From the NCBI GenBank assembly GCA_001002285.1, contig LCLX01000003.1, positions 76,915-140,914 of the forward strand: a stretch of 64,000 nucleotides of DNA. The letters are read 5' to 3'. Position numbers and translations under genes: made by a program. Position 1 is the stretch's first letter, and the number at the start of each line of letters is the position of its first letter. The notes under the pieces are model-generated. The model did no database searches, was not told the DNA's origin, and saw only the letters and a program-made list of their open reading frames with translations. This DNA is from Microgenomates group bacterium GW2011_GWC1_46_15. GTDB lineage: Bacteria > Patescibacteriota > Microgenomatia > UBA1400 > UBA12028. Of this stretch, positions 30,734-40,244 are shown piece after piece.

Positions 30734-30806
30734 TGGGAGCGCTTGGATTTGAACCAAGAACCTTGAAGGTATAAGCTTCCTGCGCTAACCGTTGCGCCAC
30801 GCTCCC
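30734..30806 (-). tRNA. tRNA-Ile(UAU)
   Basis: Cloverleaf with GGGAGCG/CGCTCCC acceptor stem, anticodon loop CT-TAT-AC, T arm CTTGG-TTCAAAT-CCAAG. Confidence 0.9.
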
Positions 30807-30876
30807 ATCTGGTGTAGTGTACCATGCTTCGTCTAGTGTTATGGATGAAATGGGTAGGTCGGGTCCTCCCTTTTCG

Positions 30877-30905
30877 TTGACGTTCTTGTTCTAACATGTT
30901 AGTAT
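30877..30905 (+). promoter_or_regulatory. Sigma70 promoter, likely leaderless, for the AbrB-like gene
   Basis: TTGACG-N17-TAGTAT, then 6 nt to ATG 30912. Confidence 0.6.
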
Positions 30906-30911
30906 TTCAGT

Positions 30912-31193
30912 ATGAATAAAAAAATTCGTACACAAAATATTATTAAAGTCGGGAATAGCCTCGCCGTTACATTGGATAAAGCCTTTGTTGACGCCTACAA
31001 ATTAAAAGCAAAACAGCAGGTTTACATACTTTATACTCAGTATCCCCCGCGAATTATTGTGAAACCCGATTTTTCTCAAGGACCATCACTCACTCAGTCC
31101 GATATAGAAAAATTGCCAAAAGAGTTCCGTAATTGGGTGAAAAAATTCCTCAAGGAAGATCACGAAGCTCTTAAGGCTTTAACACATCTATAG
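30912..31193 (+). CDS. AbrB/MazE-like DNA-binding protein (orphan antitoxin-like)
   Basis: IIKVGNSLAVTL motif; no adjacent toxin. Confidence 0.75.
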   Translation: MNKKIRTQNIIKVGNSLAVTLDKAFVDAYKLKAKQQVYILYTQYPPRIIVKPDFSQGPSLTQSDIEKLPKEFRNWVKKFLKEDHEALKALTHL

Positions 31194-33521
31194 TTTCGCC
31201 CGCACCGTAATTTCCGCCTCAACAATCTCCTTGTGCTTTCCGTACTTCAACAGTGACAACTCCTTAATCATCTCCGCAACTTTGGGGTTCTTCATTGCAT
31301 TTTCTTTCGTCATATCTCGAGTCAAATCCATACTAAATGCTGGCACCGGTTCATTATTCACAATTGTCTTGGTATATACATGGAATCGCTCAATATTGGT
31401 CAAATCGCTCTCATTAAACACTGGAGCAAACTCGTGTTGCAAAAAGTTTGCGTCCGGCACACCAATGCGGAAACTAATCAATGTACCGACGTTGCCAAAC
31501 ACCGCGTTCTTTACGTCTTCCTCGATCTGCGCGACAAACTGGTTTGCCACGATGAGGTTCAATTTGTACTTGCGGGCTTCGGACAAAATTGTCGCAAAAT
31601 CTTGTGTTGCAAAGTTTTGGAACTCATCAACATAGAGATAAAAGTCGCGGCGTTGCTCGAGCGGAACGTTAACACGCGACATAGCGGCTGCCAAAATCTT
31701 TGGCACCATAATCAAGCCCAAAAACTTGGCATCTTCTTCTCCAAGCGCACCTTTGGACAAGTTCACGAGTAAAATCTTGCCCTCATCCATCACTTCGCGT
31801 AGATTAAACGCGGACTTGCTCTGGCCGATAATGTTGCGCATTGTTTTGTTCGTGATAAACCGGCCAAACTTGGACACGATGTAGTCAAGCACCTCCGACT
31901 TATGGAAGTCGCTTGTTTGGGCAATTTGGTCGGTCCAGTACCGGCGCACAACGGGGTCTTTCACTTTTGGCAGTAAATCCTGCAAGAACTTGCTGTCCGT
32001 CAGCACGCGCACCAACTCAATAAACGTGCTTCCCGGCTCGGCCATGATCGTGAGCATAGCGTTGCGGATCGCGTGTTCAAACCGCGGGCCAATGATACCG
32101 GTTTTGTGTGGATCGTAGAGTTTGTACATCAGCCCAATAATCGAGCCAGCCACAAAGTGCATCTGTTCTTCGGTTTCTGCTTCCATCATGTTCAAACCCA
32201 TAGGACGGTCGGTGTTTGACGGGTTAAAGTAAATAACATCCTCCGCGCGCTCGGGCGGCATGAGCAAGAGTAAATCCTCAACGAGGTCGCCGTGCGGATC
32301 AATCACCGCCATACCTTTGCCCGCGCGGATATCCTGCAATACCATGTCTTTCAAAAACTCAGACTTCCCGGCGCCGGTTTTACCAACAATGTACATGTGG
32401 CGCTGGCGGTCTTTTTCGGCAATATAAATATTGCGTGAGGAACCGCGGTACACACTGCGCCCCAAGAACAGGCCGGAGGTCGGGATTTCGGAAGGAGCCG
32501 GCGCGTTTTTCGCTTTGAGCCAATAAATATGGTGCGTTTCAACCGTTTTGTTCGGGAAGTGGATCATCGTCGCTAACTCTTCGCTGTTGAACACCGTAAC
32601 GCCCCGGCCAAACAACGGCATGTACCGGTAAATGAAGTCAATCATGAAGAGATGTTTGAACCAAATACGGGTCTTTTTGAGATGATTGTGCGCAGACGAG
32701 TACTGCGCGAACGACCCCACAATGTTTGTGAGGTGCGAGTTTGCCGCCATCGCGCTGGTTGAAGAAACAACGATGCGGATTGCAGTTCGGAAACCGGATT
32801 TGCCAAGTTTCGTGTCGATAGAGTCCAAAGACTTGGGATCGTGTGTATAGCTCGCCTTCTCGGGATCTGCTTCTTTTTTCTTTGTTGAAGCAAGGTAACT
32901 TGCACCACGTCTCTGCCATCCTTCACCCGCGGGCTGGAGAACATACTGCACAATCGCCCCCTCCCCCTGCTGCATCTTGGAAAGCGCCGATGTTAACAGC
33001 GATAATCCGTCGGTTGGCAACTCTTTAAATGTTTTAATCGGGAAAAACTCAGACTCTTTGAGTGTGAGCGCAGCAAACGCGACTTTGCCTCCCTCGCTGA
33101 AAATATTTGGTTCATCAACTTCATTGATTTCCGCGCCCGGATATGCCCCATTGATCTGTTTTTCAATCAAGTCGCGCAAGTTCCGCGGACAGGTAAAGTA
33201 AAACTTGATTTCATCGTGAAGCGCGATCACTTCGAACGCGAAGTGGTCTTCGGCGTGGAGAAAATGGAAAAATCCTGATTTCTTTAACGAGTGAAGCGAG
33301 GCAAACATCTGTTCAGCCGCGTCAATTTTAATTTCGTTGTCTTTTGGAAGCGCGACCAACAAATGAATGAACTGCAGACTGTACTCCTCACGGTCGCGGT
33401 GCTTCCACCACTGGATAAATGCATACACAAACGCCGCGAAAAGCGCCACACTCAGCACAAGCACTACTACCGTACTCAATAATGCGGTCATCCGAACGAC
33501 AAAAAGATCAAGTTGATTCAT
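31188..33521 (-). CDS. VirD4/TraD/HerA-like (DUF87) membrane-anchored ATPase
   Basis: RHMYIVGKTGAGKS Walker A, IDPHGD, LYVDEFQNF Walker B, LSEARKY. Confidence 0.85.
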   Translation of the reverse strand: MNQLDLFVVRMTALLSTVVVLVLSVALFAAFVYAFIQWWKHRDREEYSLQFIHLLVALPKDNEIKIDAAEQMFASLHSLKKSGFFHFLHAEDHFAFEVIALHDEIKFYFTCPRNLRDLIEKQINGAYPGAEINEVDEPNIFSEGGKVAFAALTLKESEFFPIKTFKELPTDGLSLLTSALSKMQQGEGAIVQYVLQPAGEGWQRRGASYLASTKKKEADPEKASYTHDPKSLDSIDTKLGKSGFRTAIRIVVSSTSAMAANSHLTNIVGSFAQYSSAHNHLKKTRIWFKHLFMIDFIYRYMPLFGRGVTVFNSEELATMIHFPNKTVETHHIYWLKAKNAPAPSEIPTSGLFLGRSVYRGSSRNIYIAEKDRQRHMYIVGKTGAGKSEFLKDMVLQDIRAGKGMAVIDPHGDLVEDLLLLMPPERAEDVIYFNPSNTDRPMGLNMMEAETEEQMHFVAGSIIGLMYKLYDPHKTGIIGPRFEHAIRNAMLTIMAEPGSTFIELVRVLTDSKFLQDLLPKVKDPVVRRYWTDQIAQTSDFHKSEVLDYIVSKFGRFITNKTMRNIIGQSKSAFNLREVMDEGKILLVNLSKGALGEEDAKFLGLIMVPKILAAAMSRVNVPLEQRRDFYLYVDEFQNFATQDFATILSEARKYKLNLIVANQFVAQIEEDVKNAVFGNVGTLISFRIGVPDANFLQHEFAPVFNESDLTNIERFHVYTKTIVNNEPVPAFSMDLTRDMTKENAMKNPKVAEMIKELSLLKYGKHKEIVEAEITVRAKL

Positions 33522-33533
33522 ATGTTTCTATAT

Positions 33534-34052
33534 CTACGCGATTCTCCGGTACACCACCATTCCTTTAAACTTTTTCATCACACGGATACACCACTCCGCA
33601 AGCCACCGTACGCTGTCTGTCACGCTTTTTGTGACACCCGTTTGGATACCGGATTGCGTGAGCGGGAGCACAATGACCGGCTGCGCCGCGTAGTCTCCCG
33701 TTGGCATGGTTGCCGTTTTGTCTGCCACCACCACTTGTTTTGGCGCGGTAATCTCGTGCGACTCCACTTTTTCCATCCACGTTTCAAGCTCTGGCGGAAG
33801 TTCTGCTGATCTTTCCGATTCAACAATCTGAGCCCCGGGGACTTCCTTTACTAATGTGTCAAGACCGCCCGTCGCGGTGCGTTCTTTTGTACCACTCGTT
33901 TTCCCGCTTACTGCTCCAAGAGGGTTTAATGGGTCAGTTGTTGCGGTTGACTGCAGTACGGCGTTCGCCAAACTGTCGTCTTGCACAATAGCTTGAGGTG
34001 TTTGCGGTGGTGCCTGTGATGTTTGTGGTTGATTCTGGGCAGAGTCCGGCAT
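33534..34052 (-). CDS. Conserved hypothetical protein
   Basis: Disordered N-terminus; C-terminal LPLT..DSVRWLAEWC. Confidence 0.65.
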   Translation of the reverse strand: MPDSAQNQPQTSQAPPQTPQAIVQDDSLANAVLQSTATTDPLNPLGAVSGKTSGTKERTATGGLDTLVKEVPGAQIVESERSAELPPELETWMEKVESHEITAPKQVVVADKTATMPTGDYAAQPVIVLPLTQSGIQTGVTKSVTDSVRWLAEWCIRVMKKFKGMVVYRRIA

Positions 34053-34064
34053 GGAATCACTATA

Positions 34065-34652
34065 TCAGAAATCGAGTCCCTTGACAGCGAGTTTTCCCGC
34101 GTCAAAAGGATGTTTTTCTTTCTGAATCACACTCACGAGATCCGCAACTTTCTTTAAGCCAGCCGAGGCATTCCGGCCGGTCAATACAACGTGCGTTTTC
34201 CCTCGCTGTTTAAGCAGTTCCAATACATCGCTTTCCTTTAGTAATTTATCGTGGACCGCGTTGCACACTTCATCAAGAAATAAAACATCAATATGTTGAA
34301 GAAGAAGCGCGCGGACTTTCTCCAGCGCCTCGTGGGCAGCACGACGGTGCTGGGCTGGCGTATCATCATCAACAATCACACTTGATTGTGCGCGGACGGT
34401 TCTAACCGCTCCATGTTGCTGGACTGACCTCAGATAAAATCCCTTGCCCATCGGGAAGAAAAGGAGCCGTTTTTTTGCCGAAGTATTCAGAATTTCGCTA
34501 AGGTGGTGCTCGTTAATCCCCCACCGCTTTTCTTTGTACCAACTCACCCATCCCACACTCCATCCATTGGTTAGCGCGCGCAAAAGCATTCCAAGCGCCG
34601 CGCTCGTTTTTCCTTTGCCATCACCCGTAAATATGTAGATTAAACCGGACAT
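34065..34652 (-). CDS. cobO: Cob(I)alamin adenosyltransferase (CobO/BtuR type)
   Basis: IFTGDGKGKTSAALG, LDEV, VVLTGRNA, ADLVS, KHPF..G.DF. Confidence 0.9.
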   Translation of the reverse strand: MSGLIYIFTGDGKGKTSAALGMLLRALTNGWSVGWVSWYKEKRWGINEHHLSEILNTSAKKRLLFFPMGKGFYLRSVQQHGAVRTVRAQSSVIVDDDTPAQHRRAAHEALEKVRALLLQHIDVLFLDEVCNAVHDKLLKESDVLELLKQRGKTHVVLTGRNASAGLKKVADLVSVIQKEKHPFDAGKLAVKGLDF

Positions 34653-34703
34653 ATCACACACTCCGTGGTAGAAATGAGAATGCGACGCCATTGTATGCCG
34701 AAG

Positions 34704-36299
34704 TTATTGCGCGAACAAGCCTCGGAAGACTCTGTAGTACCAGGGAGTCTGCTGGCTTCCTCCTGGAATCGTTCTTGGAACAGGAATGTACCGTATTGGG
34801 TTATACCAGGGTAACGGAGTGGGTGTTGTGACTTGCTTTGTTGTTGGTTTTGATGTTGGTTTCGGTGTCGCACACACTCCGCTGTATGAAACTTTTACTC
34901 CGTTTTGTTCTGCCGTACACGCATTGCTATATGTTCTGCCGTCCGCACCACATACAGGCATGTATTCCTGCGAACATACTCCATTTGTTAATGGTGTGGA
35001 AATCGGTGTTGCGTATGGGTACGGTGTGGCATAAGGGTACGGAGTCGCGTACGGAGGATATGGCGTAGTGTATGGGTACGGTGTGGCATATGGAGGGTAT
35101 GGCGTAGCGTATGGATATGGAGTGGTGTATGGATAAGGTGTTGATAACGGCGGAGGTGTTACAAGAATCGGCGTTGCATACGGACGGGAAGTTGCATACG
35201 GATATGGTGTGACTGGTGGACGAGGAGAAGGACACATAAGTACCGGCTCGCAAGGAGCTTTTATACACGTAACCTGTGCGTAGTAACATCCACTCGATGT
35301 GGGAGTAGCTTTTGATGTTGGAAGAGGGCTCGATATTGGAGTAGGCATTGGGGTAGATTGCGGAGTCGCTCTTGGTGTTGAAATCGGAGTAGCGGATGTT
35401 GTTAACTTCGACAAATCAACCTCAACGACCGTACTAGGGAGAATACCCATCACTTTTTGGCTGACTATTTTTGTACTCATTCTCACTGGAGGAGCTTGAG
35501 TTTTTGGAACCGCGGCAAGATCTGAGGCGGCGTATACCATAACGAGAGGCAATCGGGTGTGCAACGCCACCTGAACAGCCGCATCTTTAGCATTCTTTAC
35601 ACGCCCTTTGAGTGTTACCACATTTTTTACCACTGTTATCCCGTCAAAAGCAAAGAAATCGTACAACGCCCCCTTTGTCATAACAAAACCACTCCCCTTG
35701 TAGACCACGGACTCTGTTGATGGAGGTGATGAGGGTGGAGTCGTTCGTTGTTGCGAAGATGGTGTTTTTCCGTCTTCAACAGCTACCGCTGCGTATACCG
35801 GTTGGACTACACTTATTGGTTTTGTCGTTTCTATCGAGATACTTGCCTCAACGGAAGTAATCGTGATGTTTTTGTTTAGCTGAGACGCCTCCATATACAG
35901 AGCTTGTCCGGTCCCGTATTGGGGAGATGGCTTCTCTGCTTCCGTTATTTCTATTTTTGCGGATTGATCTGCGCTTGCTTGTGATCGATTATCAGTGGGA
36001 ACTTGTAGAAGATCCAGTCCGACAATACCACCAGAAATAATAATGGCCGCGGTTATACCCCCAATCAGATAATTTTTTATAATGTTTGAAGATGGACCAG
36101 TGGTTTTTGGTTGAGGTTCCGGAGTGGGTTCTATAACGGGTTCAACTGGTTGGATTGGTGCTATTTCTGGGGCTGGCGATACTACTGGTGGAGCAGGAAT
36201 TGAAGCATCAACGGGAGACAAAGAGCTCTCGGGTACTAGATGTTGTGGGCTGGAGTTTGGATCTACGGGCACTTGCCCGGAGAGTACTGGATCGTCCAT
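34704..36299 (-). CDS. Single-pass Pro/Thr/Tyr-rich surface protein with Kazal domain
   Basis: TM followed by DNRSQA; YATPYP repeats; CSQEYMPVCGADGRTYSNAC. Confidence 0.8.
   Translation of the reverse strand: MDDPVLSGQVPVDPNSSPQHLVPESSLSPVDASIPAPPVVSPAPEIAPIQPVEPVIEPTPEPQPKTTGPSSNIIKNYLIGGITAAIIISGGIVGLDLLQVPTDNRSQASADQSAKIEITEAEKPSPQYGTGQALYMEASQLNKNITITSVEASISIETTKPISVVQPVYAAVAVEDGKTPSSQQRTTPPSSPPSTESVVYKGSGFVMTKGALYDFFAFDGITVVKNVVTLKGRVKNAKDAAVQVALHTRLPLVMVYAASDLAAVPKTQAPPVRMSTKIVSQKVMGILPSTVVEVDLSKLTTSATPISTPRATPQSTPMPTPISSPLPTSKATPTSSGCYYAQVTCIKAPCEPVLMCPSPRPPVTPYPYATSRPYATPILVTPPPLSTPYPYTTPYPYATPYPPYATPYPYTTPYPPYATPYPYATPYPYATPISTPLTNGVCSQEYMPVCGADGRTYSNACTAEQNGVKVSYSGVCATPKPTSKPTTKQVTTPTPLPWYNPIRYIPVPRTIPGGSQQTPWYYRVFRGLFAQ
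35008..35141 (-). repeat. Coding tandem repeat (Y[AT]TPYP[P])n
   Basis: About 7 units of 18-21 nt with synonymous divergence. Confidence 0.75.
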
Positions 36300-36400
36300 C
36301 TCGTTTCAGCATTGCACATCTTTTTGGACAAAGCAAATCATCACGGAGCATTCCCGCATCATTCACGCAGAATCACCGCATCTCGAGGAGAATCAATCTA

Positions 36401-37033
36401 TTATTGACGATATCCCGTCTTTTCGAACACACTCTCCTCTATATTTACATCAACTTGCACACCAAGATCTTCCAGCATATCGCGCACAGTCATAATGGGA
36501 AAACCAACCACATTCATCGCGCTCCCCCGAACCCCTTCAACAAAGTCTTTTGCCGTCCCCTGCAGGGCATATCCACCAGCCTTGTCATACGGTTCACTAG
36601 TGGCAATGTATTTCTCGAGCGTAGTATTGGAAAAACGTGTAAACGTCACATCGCTCCGCACAACTTCCGTCCGCTTCTCCCCCGTTTCACCATCGTGCAT
36701 CACAACCGCAGTAAAGACCTGATGTGTTCTTCCTCTCAGGGTTGAAAGCATAACACGTGCGTCATCCAAGTTTTTTGGTTTTCCATATGCTTTACCATCC
36801 AAAAAAACAGTGGTGTCCGCACCAATGACGATTGCATCGGGGTGGCGTTTTTCAACGGTTAACACTTTCCCTAAAGCGATCGTTGAAACGTAGTCTTCCG
36901 GATCATCAAAGTCTGAAAACCGCACCGATTCCTCTGGAAAATCGCTGACATCAATCTCAAAAGGAATGCCGAGCCACTTTAGAATTTCCTGCCGGCGGAA
37001 CGAGCTGGAAGCAAGTACAAGATGTTTCATCAT
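36401..37033 (-). CDS. maf: Maf nucleotide pyrophosphatase
   Basis: LVLASSSFRR, IGADT, GKP, DKAGGY, NVVGFP. Confidence 0.92.
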   Translation of the reverse strand: MMKHLVLASSSFRRQEILKWLGIPFEIDVSDFPEESVRFSDFDDPEDYVSTIALGKVLTVEKRHPDAIVIGADTTVFLDGKAYGKPKNLDDARVMLSTLRGRTHQVFTAVVMHDGETGEKRTEVVRSDVTFTRFSNTTLEKYIATSEPYDKAGGYALQGTAKDFVEGVRGSAMNVVGFPIMTVRDMLEDLGVQVDVNIEESVFEKTGYRQ

Positions 37034-37090
37034 TTGGTATATTTTGGTATACTTTGGTGTGTTCAGTATTGTATATGAAAGGAGTGATGT

Positions 37091-37645
37091 ATGACAATTT
37101 CTTTTAAACATTCTCTTGCTATTTCCACCATTGTTGTCTTCTTGTCTTTGGGAGTATCATCCGCCCTTGCTACAGAAAATGCTTCCCCAAGTCCAAAAAC
37201 ACGCATCAGAGAAAAGGCTGAGGAGAGACTAGAAAAACAGCAAGAAAAAAGAGAAGAAATTTCTGATCGGAAATCAGTCAATTTGGAAAAGCACTGTACC
37301 GCAATTCAGTCCGGTTTTACAAACATTATCTCAAGAATAAACAGTAGAATTGAAAAACAAAAAGCAGAAGGACGGGATGCCACAATCGCTTCTCAACATG
37401 TTGCGTCCGCTCAAACAGCGCTTGACTCCGCGGTTTCACTCTGCAAACAATCGGTTGCAAAGTTTGACTCTGTTCCTGCTAACAGTTGGGCAACACAAAA
37501 AAGCATTATTCAAGAAGCCCGCTTACTTGCAAAACAGGCACACGATCAGTTTGTGGCCGCGCGGAAAAGCGTTGTTGCAGCAATTCGTGCGCTCAACACA
37601 ACGCGTAAAGATAACAAGACAAACACAACGGAAGGAGAAAAATGA
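37091..37645 (+). CDS. Secreted helical hypothetical protein
   Basis: AGGAG RBS, signal peptide, coiled coil. Confidence 0.65.
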   Translation: MTISFKHSLAISTIVVFLSLGVSSALATENASPSPKTRIREKAEERLEKQQEKREEISDRKSVNLEKHCTAIQSGFTNIISRINSRIEKQKAEGRDATIASQHVASAQTALDSAVSLCKQSVAKFDSVPANSWATQKSIIQEARLLAKQAHDQFVAARKSVVAAIRALNTTRKDNKTNTTEGEK

Positions 37646-37890
37646 TCTCTCTAAAATATATTGCATTGATTGCCGGAGCTAGTGTTATTTTTGGAGGATG
37701 TTCACTGTTAAACCAGGTAAAAAATGTCATAAACACGACAAATACCGCGGATACGGCAACACAGGTTACCGCTTCCCCTACTCCAGTTGCCGCGTCACCA
37801 AGTACGACACAAAGCGATGATACAGGAAGCATTCAAAAAGATGTGGACTCGCTCTCTATTGAGAGTGATTTCAACACACTCGTAAAATAA
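37642..37890 (+). CDS. Small putative lipoprotein
   Basis: FGGC lipobox-like motif; GGAG RBS. Confidence 0.6.
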   Translation: MISLKYIALIAGASVIFGGCSLLNQVKNVINTTNTADTATQVTASPTPVAASPSTTQSDDTGSIQKDVDSLSIESDFNTLVK

Positions 37891-37907
37891 TTTGAGTGTA
37901 TTGAAGT

Positions 37908-40244
37908 TTAGAGTTTGCACTTGCTGTACCCACACTGTAGGCAGAGATTGCACCCCTCTTGATTTTGCATGAGCGCGCCGCACTCCGGACACTTTTCTCC
38001 TTCTTCGGGAATATCAAAAACATCTTCACGCAGTACTTCTTGCTTTGTGAGCGTGGAAAAATCCTTTCGCTGCGCAAGCGGTGTAACTCGGTGCTGACTC
38101 TGCATAATTTGATGTGATTTTTTTGGCGTTGAAGCCTCTGCTGGTGAAGGTGCCGCTTGGGTTTGGTGCTGAACAGAAAGAACCTGTGTTGCCTTCGATG
38201 TATCGCGGTACACCGTAATACCTTTGCACCCCAATTTCCAGGCGAGTAGGTAGGCGCCGCGGACATCCTCAAGCGTTGCGTTGGCGGGAAAGTTAATTGT
38301 TTTACTCACCGCATTATCGGTATGATCTTGAAACGCCGCCTGCATGCGCACGTGCCACTGCCAATCAATATCATGCGAGGTAACAAATACGCGTTTGAGC
38401 TCGGATGAAACGATTGTGCTGTGCTGTACTCCACCGGTTTGTGTTACTTCAGCAACAATCGCATTGAACTCACCATTACTCCCGACATGTTCTTTCAACG
38501 CTCGCTCAAAATATTTATTAATGTATGTGAGGCCAGCGGTGTCAACAACATTCTTTACGTAACTCAGCGCAAAAATCGGCTCGATGCCACTGCTACAGTC
38601 CGCCGCCATTGAAATTGTTCCCGTTGGTGCAATTGTTGTAATTGCGACGTTGCGGAACTTGCGCGGTTTCTTTTTGTGTCCATAGGTATGTGTAACCGGA
38701 TCATATCCTTTGGCAAACCAACTGTTTTTCCATTGTGGAAACGCGCCTTTTTCTTTTGCCAATTTTTCCGAAGCGCTCCACGATGATTCTTGTACGTGTT
38801 TCATGATTTTCTTTGCTAAAGCAACGCCTTCATCGGAGTTATATGGAATGTTGAGTTGAAGCAGAAGGTCGGCCCAACCCATTACACCCAACCCAATCCG
38901 CCGGTGTTGGTGCACGGTTTTTGTGATTTGCGGAAGAGGGTATGTGCACGCGTCAATCACGTTGTCTAACATACGAGTCGCGATCGCGGTAACAGTGGCT
39001 AAACGGTCCCAGTTTATGGTGGTGTGACCTGTTTTTTCGTCTTTTAGTGCAAATGCAGAAAGATTGATTGATCCGAGGTTACACGAATCAAATGAGTGCA
39101 AAGGTTGTTCGCCACAGGGATTAGTCGCATAAATCGGCCCAACAGAGTCTAACAATGGGTTGTTGCGGTTGATCACATCCCAGTAAATCATCCCAGGATC
39201 CCCCGTTCTCCACGCAAGCGATATGATCTGATCCATCAACATACGCGCCAAAATATTTTGGACTGGTTTGTTGGTACGCGGATTCACGAGTGCAAACTCT
39301 TTATCTTTTTCCACAGCACGCATAAACGCATCCGTTGTCCCAACCGAAATGTTGAAGTTGCTAATCTCCCCCTCTTCACTCTTGCACGTAATGAACTCCA
39401 AAATGTCCGGGTGATGAACGGTTAAAATACCCATGTTGGCACCGCGTTGTTTCCCACCCTGCATAACTTGGCGCGTTGCAATGTCAAACACTTTCATGAA
39501 TGAAACCGGGCCTGTAGCAAAACCGCCGGAAGATTTTGTAATCCCATCGCCTTTGGGGCGTAAGCGTGAAAAATCAAAACCCGTCCCACCACCTTTTTGA
39601 TGCACAAGTGCCGTCCACTTCACCGCATCAAAAATACCTTCCATACTGTCTTCAACTGGAAGGACAAAGCAACTTGCAAGCTGATTTTGTGGTGTTCCCG
39701 CGTTATTGAGTGTACGACCACCAGGCAGAAATTCAAATTTTGTCATGACGTCATAAAATTTTTCTTCCCAGATTTTCTTGTGCTTTTTTTCTACAGTGGC
39801 AAGTGTGTGGGCAACACGGCGGAACATTTGGCCGGGAGTTTCCATCGGCTTTCCATCCTGATCGTGAACAAGATACCGCCGTTCAATGACTTTGAGCTGA
39901 TTGATATTGAGATTGAGATCATTCTCTACTCCAATAACGGTCTCCGCTTTGCGGATTTTGGCATGTTCAGCGCGATACAAAATGTATGCTTTTGCGGTCT
40001 TAAAATGGCCAGCGGCCATGAGCACTTGCTCAACCGTATCCTGCACTTGTTCAACGGTAACCAGTTCTTTGCGGACAACAATCACTTTTTCGATAATGCC
40101 CGCGGCGATTCCCGCTAACCGTTGTGCTTCTTTGTCATCAAACTCGCCCGTTGCAATTGCTGCTTTGTGAAGCGCCAACGCGATTTTAACTTTTTCAAAC
40201 GGCATTTCGCGCCCATCGCGCTTAACGATTGTCATGGAGCTCAC
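37908..40244 (-). CDS. nrdJ: Class II (AdoCbl) ribonucleotide reductase with ATP cone, paralog C
   Basis: IVKRDG cone, SCFV, TNPCGEQ, DSCNLGS, TIAPTGT, KGITVYRD, C-terminal CxxC..CxxC. Confidence 0.92.
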   Translation of the reverse strand: MSSMTIVKRDGREMPFEKVKIALALHKAAIATGEFDDKEAQRLAGIAAGIIEKVIVVRKELVTVEQVQDTVEQVLMAAGHFKTAKAYILYRAEHAKIRKAETVIGVENDLNLNINQLKVIERRYLVHDQDGKPMETPGQMFRRVAHTLATVEKKHKKIWEEKFYDVMTKFEFLPGGRTLNNAGTPQNQLASCFVLPVEDSMEGIFDAVKWTALVHQKGGGTGFDFSRLRPKGDGITKSSGGFATGPVSFMKVFDIATRQVMQGGKQRGANMGILTVHHPDILEFITCKSEEGEISNFNISVGTTDAFMRAVEKDKEFALVNPRTNKPVQNILARMLMDQIISLAWRTGDPGMIYWDVINRNNPLLDSVGPIYATNPCGEQPLHSFDSCNLGSINLSAFALKDEKTGHTTINWDRLATVTAIATRMLDNVIDACTYPLPQITKTVHQHRRIGLGVMGWADLLLQLNIPYNSDEGVALAKKIMKHVQESSWSASEKLAKEKGAFPQWKNSWFAKGYDPVTHTYGHKKKPRKFRNVAITTIAPTGTISMAADCSSGIEPIFALSYVKNVVDTAGLTYINKYFERALKEHVGSNGEFNAIVAEVTQTGGVQHSTIVSSELKRVFVTSHDIDWQWHVRMQAAFQDHTDNAVSKTINFPANATLEDVRGAYLLAWKLGCKGITVYRDTSKATQVLSVQHQTQAAPSPAEASTPKKSHQIMQSQHRVTPLAQRKDFSTLTKQEVLREDVFDIPEEGEKCPECGALMQNQEGCNLCLQCGYSKCKL

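Noticed and set aside
30667-30897. 76-aa ORF
   Set aside because: Overlaps tRNA-Ile and the hairpin element
35008-35141. CRISPR array
   Set aside because: In-frame coding repeats without spacers; no cas genes in the window
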